A program made the translations under genes and the position numbers. From Polyangia bacterium (GTDB lineage Bacteria > Myxococcota_A > Polyangia > JAAYKL01), in contig JBNKCR010000063.1 in the NCBI GenBank assembly GCA_050287845.1, forward strand, positions 1 to 24,657: a DNA stretch of 24,657 nt, in the 5' to 3' direction. Positions 24,512 to 24,657 of this stretch are shown here, piece by piece. Position 1 is the stretch's first letter; every line of letters starts with the position of its first letter. Below the pieces are notes generated by a model. The model was not told where the DNA came from, did not search any database, and saw nothing but the letters and a program-made list of their open reading frames with translations.

Positions 24512-24657
24512 TCAATCTGAGCTATTCGAGGTGTTCTGAATCGTTGTGTTTAAGCGGTTTCTAAAAGCTGTGCAAAAAGAATTACCCCGGTATTTGTGCA
24601 GTAAAGCGACAATTTGAGGGAAAAGTGGTGAAGATACAGGAAAAATACCCCAGCTCA

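Overview
Bacterial chromosomal window. It looks like Myxococcota/Deltaproteobacteria from protein styles (inference), and possibly an anaerobe because hydE is present. Left end, minus strand: the 5' end of an unannotated RAYT/IS200-like HUH transposase gene with an upstream hairpin and a G-rich direct-repeat cluster; a Thr/Asp-linker GH62-family lipoprotein whose active-site motifs have diverged; a multiply frameshifted pseudogene fragment of a vWA-type protein; a DUF2723/TMEM260-like GT-C glycosyltransferase; and a MepA-like endopeptidase. Plus strand: rpsO; an ~8 kb LacI-controlled sugar module (SBP, two permeases, MalK-type ATPase, GH3 beta-xylosidase-like enzyme, LacI) that separates the usually adjacent rpsO and pnp; pnp with an Arg/Gly/Asp tail; a lone hydE; an rplC outside the S10 operon, coupled to rlmE; an Ig-like lipoprotein; an outer-membrane beta-barrel; a small acidic lipoprotein; pcnB; and a coupled pair of a V4R-like protein and a PopZ-like disordered protein. 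No rRNA, tRNA or CRISPR array was seen. All family calls come from motif recognition by eye, not from database searches.
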